Virus record (IMG/VR): IMGVR_UViG_3300019458_000191
Coordinates: 1 to 64,000 of that record
Direction: 5' to 3' (one strand)
DNA from: a virus
DNA: 64,000 nucleotides
The stretch's first letter is position 1, and each line of letters opens with the position of its first letter. A program made the translations under genes and the position numbers. The notes below the pieces were generated by a model, which was given only the letters and a program-made list of their open reading frames with translations, had not been told where the DNA came from and did not search any database. Of the stretch, positions 1-9,382 are shown in pieces.

Positions 1-322
1 TCTTGGCTTTTTCTGCTAAGTCAATAGTGTGTTTACTACCTTTCGAAAAACCGTCCCAAAAAACTATAACAACATCTGCTTCATTTACGATAAGAACGTT
101 TCGTTTAAATCCGGCAGATTTACCATATTTATCCCAATCAGGATTGAAAATGATGGTGGGAATACCCTTTTCCCTGGCGAATCGTTCCGCAAGGGCATCC
201 GCACCAAAAGCATGTCCACTGACGATTACATCTATTGTGTATTTTTTCATTACGGATTCAAGACAACGTTTCAAAAGTTCATAATCTTGAAATGTTCTGG
301 ATCCAACGACGGCAATTTTCAT
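1..322 (-). CDS. SLOG superfamily / DUF2493 (YspA-like) protein, 3' end runs off the window
   Basis: Manual translation, not in the ORF track: MKIAVVGSRTFQDY...IVSGHAFGADALAERFA...DWDKYGKSAGFKRN...FWDGFSKGSKHTI. Confidence 0.85.
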   Translation of the reverse strand, partial: MKIAVVGSRTFQDYELLKRCLESVMKKYTIDVIVSGHAFGADALAERFAREKGIPTIIFNPDWDKYGKSAGFKRNVLIVNEADVVIVFWDGFSKGSKHTIDLAEKAK

Positions 323-520
323 GCAAATTTAAATTTGAAATGTTTATGATGGTTATTTTTTCCAATAATAACTCTTTTTATGGCAGAAATATCCAAATTC
401 AATTTTCTCGCCATTTCTCTAACACCCGTCCATTGATCAATAATCTTTCCGTTTATATCCATTCTGTAAAGTTTCTTGAGTATGTTTTTTTCCATAAAAA
501 GGATTATTTTTACCAGTCAT
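319..520 (-). pseudogene. Frameshifted remnant of homing-endonuclease DNA-binding modules (NUMOD3 + NUMOD1)
   Basis: MTGKNNPFYGKKHTQET (NUMOD3-like), then in shifted frames MDINGKIIDQWTGVREMARKLNLDISAIKRVIIG and NHHKHFKFKFA (NUMOD1-like); no nuclease domain. Confidence 0.65.
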
Positions 521-526
521 CCTTTA

Positions 527-1012
527 TCACTTTTTAAATCTTTTGTTAAACTTTTCTTGACAATGTGCCAACATTCTCTGATAAGATTCAAGAAAATTGG
601 TTTGACTCCATCCCCTACTAATATGGTCGTTGGTTTTTTCTTTCTTCTTCCAATACTTGACGTAAATCTTTAGACAATCAACGACGTATTTGAATTCACG
701 TTTGGTCAACATTTTGGATACCACCGGAGTAATATCCGGTGGTTCTCCTGACTCTAACAAATCATCATCTGTTCCTTTGTTTCCTTCATCCTCCATGACC
801 AAGGCAACGTTTGTTACACCATCGGTGTTGTATTGATTTGCATTATCGTTCAACTCCTTCTTTAAGAATCGTCGTAATTTTTTGGAATCAGGCTTTCTCT
901 CCAACGATTGTAAAACATATCTACAATCCGCAGCACCGTCTGATTCTACCCAACTTGATAATCCCATGAATCCCATATTATTTATTCTCCAACCATTTGT
1001 ATTGAAAGTCAT
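527..1012 (-). CDS. hypothetical protein (likely start at 976)
   Basis: ORF fills the gap in a co-oriented operon. Confidence 0.6.
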   Translation of the reverse strand: MTFNTNGWRINNMGFMGLSSWVESDGAADCRYVLQSLERKPDSKKLRRFLKKELNDNANQYNTDGVTNVALVMEDEGNKGTDDDLLESGEPPDITPVVSKMLTKREFKYVVDCLKIYVKYWKKKEKTNDHISRGWSQTNFLESYQRMLAHCQEKFNKRFKK

Positions 1013-1670
1013 GACTCAATTCGTGAGCCGCCATTTCTGAATGACTTATCAAGGTGTATTTGTCGTCTGTGTAATTCCTTTCAAGAATGAACTTTTCACA
1101 ATTTTTAGGATTTTTCCAACGTTCGAATTCTTCGACCGATTTGTGAAACCATCTCATTAGGAAAAGTCTGAGTGTCATACCGTGTGTAATGATGACAACA
1201 TTTCTAGGATAATCTCTCTTTTCAAAATCACGATGAAGAGTATTAAGGAAATCACTTACTCTATCATAAACATCGGCACAAGATTCTCCATCATTGAATC
1301 TGTAATAGAAGTGTCCGTAGTTGTCACGATACTCCTGCATTTTGTTTACCAAATCCAAATCATCTCTTAGATGTCCCCACTCTTGTTCACGAAGTCTTGG
1401 ATCTTCATAAACACGGTCACAATCCTTAAAATGCTTGAAACTTTTAGCAATATGTTCAAATGTCCTACGTGTTCTCCAAAAGGGTGAGACGTAATATTGA
1501 ATAGGAACGTCTCCGATTAATTTATGTATTTCTTTACCAACCCACATTGCTTGATTGACACCCTTTTCTGTAAGATCCAATGCATAGTCAGGAACGGTCT
1601 TGTAAATTTCTTTATTTACGTTGCCCATCGACTCGCCGTGACGAACAAGAATAATTCTATCCGGTTTCAT
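978..1670 (-). CDS. histidine phosphatase / phosphoglycerate mutase family protein
   Basis: LVRHGES, LTEKG, SPFWRTRRT, LREQEWG, GES, ITHG motifs. Confidence 0.93.
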   Translation of the reverse strand: MKPDRIILVRHGESMGNVNKEIYKTVPDYALDLTEKGVNQAMWVGKEIHKLIGDVPIQYYVSPFWRTRRTFEHIAKSFKHFKDCDRVYEDPRLREQEWGHLRDDLDLVNKMQEYRDNYGHFYYRFNDGESCADVYDRVSDFLNTLHRDFEKRDYPRNVVIITHGMTLRLFLMRWFHKSVEEFERWKNPKNCEKFILERNYTDDKYTLISHSEMAAHELSHDFQYKWLENK

Positions 1671-2089
1671 AATTCTTTCAACTTATCTGAAATTTCTTTT
1701 CGTCATTTCTCAAAGCCCGTCAAAATTTCATCAGGAGCAGGCTGAGTATAATACAACATTCGTTGTTCTATGGATTTCTTTTCATTATCCATTCTTGCCA
1801 ATTCTCTTTTCAATCATTCTGAATATTCCTTGTCGGTTTCTATTCGATATCCATAAATCGACATGTAACCACGACCAAGATTATTATCGTCTCCTTCGTC
1901 GTAGTCAAATACCACCACCACATCTTCAAATTCGGCAGATTTCTTTTTAATTTTAGTAATGAATTCTTCTAATTTTTCAATGGAATTATCCTTGGCAGGT
2001 GAATTAGAAAGGCCACTATATCCACCGATACAAATTCTTTTCCAAATTCGTTCTTTGGATAACTCACATGTATTTCGTTCTTTTTTCAT
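1667..2089 (-). pseudogene. hypothetical gene with two in-frame TGA codons (1814-1816, 1703-1705)
   Basis: Frame continues EYSE*LKRELARM...GFEK*RKEISDKLKEL and ends in an ATGA overlap with the next gene. Confidence 0.6.
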
Positions 2090-2679
2090 ACAAATGCTGT
2101 ACCGTTTTTAGAAACTTCATTCCATACATCGGAATTGTCTCTGTCACTTATTATACCACGTTCTTCGTTCAATTCAAGTTTTTTTCCTGTCTTCAAATAG
2201 TGTTTATAGGCACGATCATATAACACAAGATAAACGGCAGCTGCGAGATTTGTGCAATGTTTTGATGGAATTTTGACAAATCGATGACAATGCCTTCTAC
2301 TCACTTGGTCGATACTTCCATCCTCCGGCCCAAAAACATATACGGCATTTTCAGGATGTTCAAAATCATAAAGACATTCTGAATTAGGCAATAGTTCTAT
2401 TGCCACAGGTGTTGCATCAGGGAAATGTTCAAAGGGATAATCAAATTGTCTTAATTCAACGTCTTTGTATCCTTTAAGACGTTCTTCTCTTGGAAGTCTC
2501 TCCCCTTCTTCAACTCTGACTCGATTGCCTGTCCACCAAACTTGTTTTGCACCGAAACAAGATGCGGCCCGAACGGCAGCACCAACATTCGCTGACCACT
2601 TTGGGTTTGTAAGAATAATTGAAGGACAAATTCCTTCTGGCTTGGCATTCTTTCCAAATATTAATCTCTTGTCTTTCAT
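2086..2679 (-). CDS. SpoU/TrmH-family (SPOUT) RNA 2'-O-methyltransferase
   Basis: NVGAAVRAASCFG, YVFGPEDGSI, VKIPSKHCTNLAAAVYLVLYD. Confidence 0.9.
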   Translation of the reverse strand: MKDKRLIFGKNAKPEGICPSIILTNPKWSANVGAAVRAASCFGAKQVWWTGNRVRVEEGERLPREERLKGYKDVELRQFDYPFEHFPDATPVAIELLPNSECLYDFEHPENAVYVFGPEDGSIDQVSRRHCHRFVKIPSKHCTNLAAAVYLVLYDRAYKHYLKTGKKLELNEERGIISDRDNSDVWNEVSKNGTAFV

Positions 2680-3716
2680 TTCTTTTCAGGTATGATTCCA
2701 ATTACACCGTATATTATAGAGATACATTTCATGAATGGACTTTCGGAAAAATTTGGTGTTTCTATTACCGGAACAAAGTTGTAATATGGGGCATAATAAA
2801 GTCGATTGTTTGCAATCTCCGTTAGTGATCTTTGATTATCATACCTATTTTGATGTTCACTGTATGACTTATCTACTGATTGAATAACTTGTTCTCTCCA
2901 ATTTGTAGGAATATTGAATTGACCCACCTTTTCAATGACGGTAGCTTTCTTTACATTTTTTACATGATAGTAACACCAATCGACATCGTTTTCATTAAAC
3001 CCACCTGACTTATCAGACCTCCACTTTGAAATTTCTAACCACAGTTGACGTTTGACGAATCCCAAATTTTTATATATAGTATTCTTCTCTCCCCAATAGT
3101 GACCATCGGGATGTTCTTGTTCAAAAGTAAAACACCAATAATCACCAAGATAAATGGATAATTCATCCTTTTTATTTCTATAGACTCCACCAACTTCCAT
3201 GTTGGATTTGCTGACTTTGGATTTCTTTCCATCTTCGGTTGCTTGTATTAATTCTTGATGTAATTCTGAACCAACACACACCAATTTCATTTGAGAGCCT
3301 ACCTTACCCCAAATAAATTCACAATTAGGAACACCCTTTTCGATTTTACATTCAAGGATACAATCCAATAAAACGTCTTCTCTTAAATCGACATAATAAT
3401 TGTTTTGACCAAACATTACTTTATAAGCTCGGCCACCTTCAGAACGTTTCTCCAAGGAAATGATTTTAACTTTAATAGGTTTGTTTTCTACTTCTAATTG
3501 AGAAGGCTTATGGCCTTTGTCATCATTCCAATATCGTCCACTAGCCCAAGACATTCCTGTTTCTATGGTTTTAGGTTTCAACGGGTCTGCAACAAATAAC
3601 GGAATAACTGTTGGACCAACCTTAACAGTTTTTCTTTGAAAATCGTCCCACTCCCAATCGATTTGTTGTGGGACTTTATCTATAAAGATAACTTTTTCTG
3701 GAATATTTCCAATCAT
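2676..3716 (-). CDS. hypothetical protein
   Basis: 346-aa ORF with 4-nt overlap to the downstream gene. Confidence 0.75.
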   Translation of the reverse strand: MIGNIPEKVIFIDKVPQQIDWEWDDFQRKTVKVGPTVIPLFVADPLKPKTIETGMSWASGRYWNDDKGHKPSQLEVENKPIKVKIISLEKRSEGGRAYKVMFGQNNYYVDLREDVLLDCILECKIEKGVPNCEFIWGKVGSQMKLVCVGSELHQELIQATEDGKKSKVSKSNMEVGGVYRNKKDELSIYLGDYWCFTFEQEHPDGHYWGEKNTIYKNLGFVKRQLWLEISKWRSDKSGGFNENDVDWCYYHVKNVKKATVIEKVGQFNIPTNWREQVIQSVDKSYSEHQNRYDNQRSLTEIANNRLYYAPYYNFVPVIETPNFSESPFMKCISIIYGVIGIIPEKK

Positions 3717-3720
3717 AATA

Positions 3721-4917
3721 TTACAATTTTAATTTTCCCCAGCGTTTAATAGGAATTTGATATCCTGAATTGTTCTTATCCATATCGTTTTTATGGAAGA
3801 AAATATACAATAGAATCTGTGTCACTGTTAATACTATAGCAAATACCCAATAACTCCACGTCGGAGGTTCAATTGTAATATAATCAAATTTCTTCCAATC
3901 TTTGATTTGATAGTTTAAAACTACTTCGTCTTTTATTTTAGGTATAATACTACTATTAATAGGATGGTCAAACAATAGGCTTTCTAAATTTTTCTTAATT
4001 ATTGCCTTTTCTGTCCACCCAAACACATATACCCATTCTACATTTTCTCCGGCAGCAAAACATATTACCAAATCATTTTTCTTTCCACCAATCCATTTTG
4101 CTTCTTGCCACTTTCCATAATCCGATGGAGTTCCTGATGGAAATCCAACCATAATTAAATTAATTTTGTGTGCCGTACCCAACACAGCATTTAACTGGTC
4201 CCATTCAAGAACCGATATTTTTTGTCGTGCAGTTCCGAGTAATCTATCCGTTGTAAATAAATCTTTAGTTTCAGGCCATGAAAAAACAGAAATATTTGTT
4301 GGAACAATTCCGAATGAAAACAAAGACGGAGCAGCCTTTACACGATTTTCAAAACTAACAGTTTTCGAGACGGGTTCAATCCAATGATTTTTATTTACAG
4401 CAATATAATCATTCGGGTCACCAGCAATCATTCGAGAGTTATGTTCAGATGTGGTTCTATTACCACGAACAGGTTTCACTTCTCCAAACTTTTTACACAA
4501 ATATTGATATTTTTCACTGGAAATACTATAGCTTCCCAAAGTGGTATCCACGTTCCAATGTTCATTATGCCACCTAGACGTTGGTTCCCAATGGTCAAAA
4601 ACTTGAATAGTGTAAGAACAGTCGTAAGATTTTCCTTCGGAGTCTGTACAAGTTTGGTGAATGGTTTCGGTTCTATACACCGCATATTCGTAATATTCTT
4701 TCCATCTTGAATACTGTTTAGGTTCAACTACTTGACCACTCCAAGTTTCAATATCACGAGTCATTCCGGCCACAGACAAATATTGAAAAACTAATGCTGT
4801 AAGGAGAGAAACAACAACTCCAATCAACCATTCCCACAAAACGATTCTTTTATTTAACACCCATAGAACCATTCCTATGAATATTGGTAGAAAAGAGAGA
4901 AGCCAGAATAACCACAT
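3721..4917 (-). CDS. membrane protein with two N-terminal TMs, a large extracytoplasmic domain and a C-terminal TM
   Basis: Hydrophobic segments at about aa 1-50 and 355-375; W-rich core (QEAKWIGGKKNDLVIC). Confidence 0.75.
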   Translation of the reverse strand: MWLFWLLSFLPIFIGMVLWVLNKRIVLWEWLIGVVVSLLTALVFQYLSVAGMTRDIETWSGQVVEPKQYSRWKEYYEYAVYRTETIHQTCTDSEGKSYDCSYTIQVFDHWEPTSRWHNEHWNVDTTLGSYSISSEKYQYLCKKFGEVKPVRGNRTTSEHNSRMIAGDPNDYIAVNKNHWIEPVSKTVSFENRVKAAPSLFSFGIVPTNISVFSWPETKDLFTTDRLLGTARQKISVLEWDQLNAVLGTAHKINLIMVGFPSGTPSDYGKWQEAKWIGGKKNDLVICFAAGENVEWVYVFGWTEKAIIKKNLESLLFDHPINSSIIPKIKDEVVLNYQIKDWKKFDYITIEPPTWSYWVFAIVLTVTQILLYIFFHKNDMDKNNSGYQIPIKRWGKLKL

Positions 4918-4934
4918 AACTTTTTAAATGGGTA

Positions 4935-4958
4935 ACAGAGAGAATCCTTTCTCTCTGT
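4935..4958. terminator. inverted repeat, possible terminator
   Basis: ACAGAGAGAA-tcct-TTCTCTCTGT between genes. Confidence 0.5.
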
Positions 4959-4971
4959 CAATTATAGTTAA

Positions 4972-5565
4972 TTACTTGGTCTGTTCAAGTGGGGCTGGTG
5001 TTCTCTTGAACAACTGAGTTTCATCATCTTTTCTGGACTTGAAGGCATCTTCGGTTCGGGTAGAAGTGACGATTACCACGTCAATTTTATTTCGGCTGAG
5101 AATCATAGCATAAATAGTACCAGGAAACACATCAATGAGATTGTCATGTTCTCGTTTGAAATCCAAAATTTCTTTCTGTCTCATGGTGAATCCATCTCGT
5201 TCAGACGTAATAACGTTCATGAGCTTTTGATAAGTGGCCGAAGTAGGAGAAGCATCCGGAACAGATTCCTTAATCCACGCCATCATACGTCCCTGACCCT
5301 CAGAAGTTCGTGCAGCAGCATGAGACGTAAAGATTTCAACAAGGGCCTTTCGTTGTTCATCCGAAACTTCTGCCACTTGAGAAATGTTCTTCCACATCTT
5401 ATCCATTTGATTCTTATTGTCTGTCTGTTTGTTGACAATCAAGTTACGAAGACGAACTTCTTGATTGTGGAACTTGATTCCACCAATGAGTAACGTAAGG
5501 ATGAATATTGCACCGACGCCTAGTAATCCAAGAATGGACCCTATTATAATTAATTTTTTGTTCAT
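4972..5565 (-). CDS. LemA-like membrane-anchored helical protein
   Basis: N-terminal TM, helical body, YQKLM..I...R..F...Q and HDNLIDVFPGTIYA resembling the LemA C-terminal N..I..FP motif. Confidence 0.65.
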   Translation of the reverse strand: MNKKLIIIGSILGLLGVGAIFILTLLIGGIKFHNQEVRLRNLIVNKQTDNKNQMDKMWKNISQVAEVSDEQRKALVEIFTSHAAARTSEGQGRMMAWIKESVPDASPTSATYQKLMNVITSERDGFTMRQKEILDFKREHDNLIDVFPGTIYAMILSRNKIDVVIVTSTRTEDAFKSRKDDETQLFKRTPAPLEQTK

Positions 5566-5639
5566 AGTTTTGCGGTCTGTTGGTTATTATCTACTGTTCG
5601 GAATAAATCTACCACACTTTTTATATCTGTCAACCGAGT

Positions 5640-5831
5640 TTATTTTCCGTATTTCTTAATTCCTTCTTCTCCCCAACGAGAACGAAGGGCATCAAAATAC
5701 TCTTCAGTCTTAATCTTGCACATCCAAACATTACCACAATAATTCTCCATTGGTACCAGTTCCTTTACAAATAACACCTTCAAATAATTTGAATTTGTTA
5801 CCTGATCTGCTTCGAAGTTTTGAAAGCACAA
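5640..5831 (-). CDS. small hypothetical protein
   Basis: ORF in co-oriented cluster. Confidence 0.4.
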   Translation of the reverse strand: MCFQNFEADQVTNSNYLKVLFVKELVPMENYCGNVWMCKIKTEEYFDALRSRWGEEGIKKYGK

Positions 5832-5861
5832 GTCGTTGAATGGTTGAACATCGCCACGATA

Positions 5862-6068
5862 TTAACTCTTTTTAACTTCAATGGAACATCCATCAAAATA
5901 AGGAACGTCGTGTTCACACTGTCCGTATCCTTCCAACCTAGAACCAAAATCAAAACCGAAATTTCCTACAACTTCATATCCTTCGGAACGGAGATGTTTT
6001 TTAATAATTTCTCCAATTTCCTCTTTTGAAAGTGTCAATGTAATTTTTGCTTTCATATTAATCCTCAT
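5862..6068 (-). CDS. small hypothetical protein
   Basis: ORF overlapping the upstream gene. Confidence 0.6.
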   Translation of the reverse strand: MRINMKAKITLTLSKEEIGEIIKKHLRSEGYEVVGNFGFDFGSRLEGYGQCEHDVPYFDGCSIEVKKS

Positions 6069-6375
6069 TTAATCCCAATAGTTCTTTTTCTTCTTTCGTC
6101 AATTTGCTTAGTGCTTTATTTCTTTTTTCTTCCTTAGTCAAGTTTCTATCCAATTTTATTGGTTTATAGTATTCTTCATCTAAAAGATAGACAATATTTT
6201 TTATTTTTATAACGGTTCTATCTTGAACATCACCCGGACCTCCCCACCAGCCCATTTTTTCTACGGCTTTATTTACGGCGGCTTTATCGGAGGATACAAT
6301 AATCAATTTTCCGTGGCGGCCAAAATCATCCACTGTTTCCCATCCAGCATATACTTTGATAATTTCGTGTTTCAT
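6058..6375 (-). CDS. hypothetical protein
   Basis: C-terminal ALSKLTKEEKELLGL tail typical of phage small proteins. Confidence 0.7.
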   Translation of the reverse strand: MKHEIIKVYAGWETVDDFGRHGKLIIVSSDKAAVNKAVEKMGWWGGPGDVQDRTVIKIKNIVYLLDEEYYKPIKLDRNLTKEEKRNKALSKLTKEEKELLGLNED

Positions 6376-6519
6376 AATTCAAGTTAGTTCGGTTTTTATA
6401 AAAGTCAATAGGGAAGTTAAATTACGGCTAAATTTTTTAGGTTGGTTATTTTAGAAAATTGAAAGCAACTCTTACATCCGTCTTGATTTCATTATTGTAA
6501 TAATCTTTAATAATCGTTT

Positions 6520-6969
6520 TCATACAGAAAATAATTCGCTCACACTTTCATTTTTATTAATATTCAAGATTGCTTTGGCAAAAACAGGAGAAACGTCAAC
6601 GGTTTCTAACATCTCCGAAGTTTCCAGTCTATCAGAAACAAAAGAGAAATTAACCGCGTTGGAAACAAAAAACTTATTAATGACGCCTTCGTTAAAAGCC
6701 TTATTAAGTCTAGGGAATGCTACAGAACGATTGAAACATCCGTGTGTCACGGCCACGTAAATTAAATCGGCACCATGATCTCTACAAGTCTGTGCTGCTT
6801 CAATCAAAGTTCCGACTGATTCCGTTAAATCGTCAATAATCAACACACGAGGATGTTTATTAACAACCGTTTGAATGAGTTCTTTGTGAGCTTCGTGAAG
6901 AGACGGAACTTGAAATCGGCCAACTATTATTCCTACTTCTGCTGTTTCATTTACAGTTTTCATAATCAA
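6520..6969 (-). pseudogene. in-frame chimera of an NMN adenylyltransferase (NadM-type) N-terminus and a ribose-phosphate pyrophosphokinase (Prs) C-terminus
   Basis: GIIVGRFQVPSLHEAH (HxGH-type) joined at RVLII to DDLTESVGTL...YVAVTHG...VDVSPVFAKAILNINKNESVSELF. Confidence 0.8.
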
Positions 6970-7009
6970 TCACCTTATCTTTATCAGGTTGTTTTACTAC
7001 TCGTCAAAG

Positions 7010-7357
7010 TCACTTTATCAAATATCTTCGTGTATCTTTGACACTAATAAGTATAGACCAAATTTTACAGGAAGGTAATAAATTATGAATATGATCTATT
7101 ACTCCCAGTGGAGTATCCATAGAAAAAGATTCACAAGAAATGATGTGTGCTACGGTTATCATGCCTTTAGCATAAGAACCACATATATAACATTTATCCA
7201 TTGAAATATTATGTAATTTAAGTTCTTTTCGAGCAAATCTACGTATTAATAAGGAAGACCGAGTGTTTGGAACATTTTTATTCCAATTCATTCCTTTAGT
7301 TTCTTTTCTTTTTTCTAGGCAATCATTTAATAATTTTTGATATTGATTGTTATTCAT
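7010..7357 (-). CDS. HNH endonuclease, probably C-terminally truncated
   Basis: CYICG...TVAHIIS...HNLLPSC, but the closing CxxCH is absent. Confidence 0.6.
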   Translation of the reverse strand: MNNNQYQKLLNDCLEKRKETKGMNWNKNVPNTRSSLLIRRFARKELKLHNISMDKCYICGSYAKGMITVAHIISCESFSMDTPLGVIDHIHNLLPSCKIWSILISVKDTRRYLIK

Positions 7358-7375
7358 AGTAATATAGATTTCAGT

Positions 7376-8590
7376 TTATAATACATTTTTAGGATTGTCT
7401 TTGTTTTTTAATAATCTCTCTTGAATTTCGGCCGGACTCATAGACTTATCAACATACTTACTTTTGACCACACCACTTCCATCAAAGATTCCAAAAAAAT
7501 TATCAAATAATCTATTGAATTGGTCGTTAGTAGCTTTATCTAAACAAATCTCTCTATCTGTTCTTCCGGGACGTTTTAAAGCTGGGTCTAATTTTTCAGG
7601 ATGATTAGTAGTCATAATCAACAATCTCCCTTCACCACTCAAAATACCATCTAAAGCATTTAATAAACCGCTCATGGATACATTACTTATAGGTTGTTCT
7701 TTCTTTTCTTTTTCCTCAGTTTCACTATTGACACGAGTTTTGAATACCGCATCAATATCTTCAATGACTAATAATGAACTTGGTCTAAGATTACTTACTA
7801 ACATATAAAGATCTTTATCGCTGACGGATTTATCTGCTAAACTTAAAAAGTAAATCGGACAATTAAGTTCTCCAGCCAATGCCAATATCAATGAACTTTT
7901 TCCACAACCCGGAGGACCAAATAAAAGATATCCTCGCCGATATGGAATTCCTTTATTTTTATACCATTCCTTTCCATCCATGAATTGCTTTGCGTCGCCA
8001 ATTATATCATCCATTAAATTTCCGTCCAGAATAACATCATTCTTTGTCTTCGTTCCTCTTAACACTCTATAATGCCAATCTGACCCACTATTAATATAAG
8101 ATTTTACACAACCTTCTCCAATAGATTCACCCACAATACGAGCATCTTCAATCATTTTGATTAAACGTTTCTTGTTTCGACCAAATGTTTGAAAAACAAA
8201 AGTATCATAATGGGCGGATGGCCAAGCAAATTCTACCTTTTCTCTTCGTCGTTCAAACCAAATGGGCCAACCATTATGGAATAAAAAATGCCTTCCAACT
8301 GCCGGGCTTAAAAACAAATCGTGACTATGGGCACTGTTCCAAAGACTGTTTAAAATGGAATGTCTTCCGTGTTGAAAATTTGGATGATTTGTTAAAAATT
8401 TAGTAATCCACTGAAATGCTTGGTCATGTTGAGGAATTTCCATTGTAACAAGAAATTTGTTTCTTGTCCATCTCCATACATGTAAAGGAACGCCTCTTAA
8501 TGTTGCCAGTATGGAACCAAAGACCATTAACAATAATCCTCCTGATGCTAATGAATTCTTATCTAAAAACTGAACAAGTTGCTCCCACAT
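7376..8590 (-). CDS. BCS1-like membrane-anchored AAA+ ATPase
   Basis: N-terminal TM, BCS1_N-like region, WYKNKGIPYRRGYLLFGPPGCGKSS, IEDID, SGLLNALDG, TTNHPEKLDPALKRPGRTD. Confidence 0.9.
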   Translation of the reverse strand: MWEQLVQFLDKNSLASGGLLLMVFGSILATLRGVPLHVWRWTRNKFLVTMEIPQHDQAFQWITKFLTNHPNFQHGRHSILNSLWNSAHSHDLFLSPAVGRHFLFHNGWPIWFERRREKVEFAWPSAHYDTFVFQTFGRNKKRLIKMIEDARIVGESIGEGCVKSYINSGSDWHYRVLRGTKTKNDVILDGNLMDDIIGDAKQFMDGKEWYKNKGIPYRRGYLLFGPPGCGKSSLILALAGELNCPIYFLSLADKSVSDKDLYMLVSNLRPSSLLVIEDIDAVFKTRVNSETEEKEKKEQPISNVSMSGLLNALDGILSGEGRLLIMTTNHPEKLDPALKRPGRTDREICLDKATNDQFNRLFDNFFGIFDGSGVVKSKYVDKSMSPAEIQERLLKNKDNPKNVL

Positions 8591-8722
8591 ATTATTAAAT
8601 CAATTCGACATAATCGATAATATCATGACAAGATGTTGGAAATTTAGAAACCATTTCTGACGGAATAATAATGATATCTGTGGACCAAATTCTTCTATAA
8701 AAATCAGGGTCAAGTCGTTCTA

Positions 8723-9295
8723 TTAACATACGATTAAATCTTTTGATGGCCAGATATAAGCCAAATTATTTGGTGTACCGGGAAAATACTTTGTGTAATA
8801 TTCAGGAAGCTTTCTTATCAAATTTGATTGATGAGAACAATGAAAATTGTTATCGCCAATCCAATATGGGATCACAACTGGTAAATGTTCAATATTACAT
8901 TCAATTGAACGAAACTTTGGATAACACGTATCACGAAATCCTCTTGCAGACCATTCATTGCAAATGTTGAATCCATATTCTACCAAGCTTCGGTCATATC
9001 CCCTCCACATTTGAACGGCAGGATGATTATACCAAGGAGTTTTTCTTACAGTTGGTGTTTTATTTTTTTTAGATTCATTAAATTCCTCAAGATTACAAGA
9101 TTCCCAAACAGGAGTGTTATCTTGTCTATAATTAATCAACATTTGATACGGGCCAATGGCTAATACTTGAAGTATCTGTAAGGCTTCTACTCTTTGTTTT
9201 CCTAATCGTTTATTATCCAAGACTTTTGAGGTCTGAACAAAATCGGGATAAGGTAAGAATGTCTGCATATAAATCTTTTTTGTGTAACCGTTCAA
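8723..9295 (-). CDS. pyrimidine-dimer DNA glycosylase / endonuclease V-like (MSMEG_6728-type), likely start 9268
   Basis: MQTFLPYPDF...LDNKRLGKQRVEALQI...NHPAVQMWRGY...HCSHQSNLIRK...YIWP. Confidence 0.85.
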   Translation of the reverse strand: MNGYTKKIYMQTFLPYPDFVQTSKVLDNKRLGKQRVEALQILQVLAIGPYQMLINYRQDNTPVWESCNLEEFNESKKNKTPTVRKTPWYNHPAVQMWRGYDRSLVEYGFNICNEWSARGFRDTCYPKFRSIECNIEHLPVVIPYWIGDNNFHCSHQSNLIRKLPEYYTKYFPGTPNNLAYIWPSKDLIVC

Positions 9296-9382
9296 TCATA
9301 TACAATAGACCACATCTATGATTTCGTCAACCGAATATAATATGTTGAAGGTGTTGTCATTTCATCTTATTGTAATTCAACT

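Noticed and set aside
6520-6969. Intact ribose-phosphate pyrophosphokinase or intact NMNAT
   Set aside because: Each half is far too short and lacks the rest of its catalytic domain
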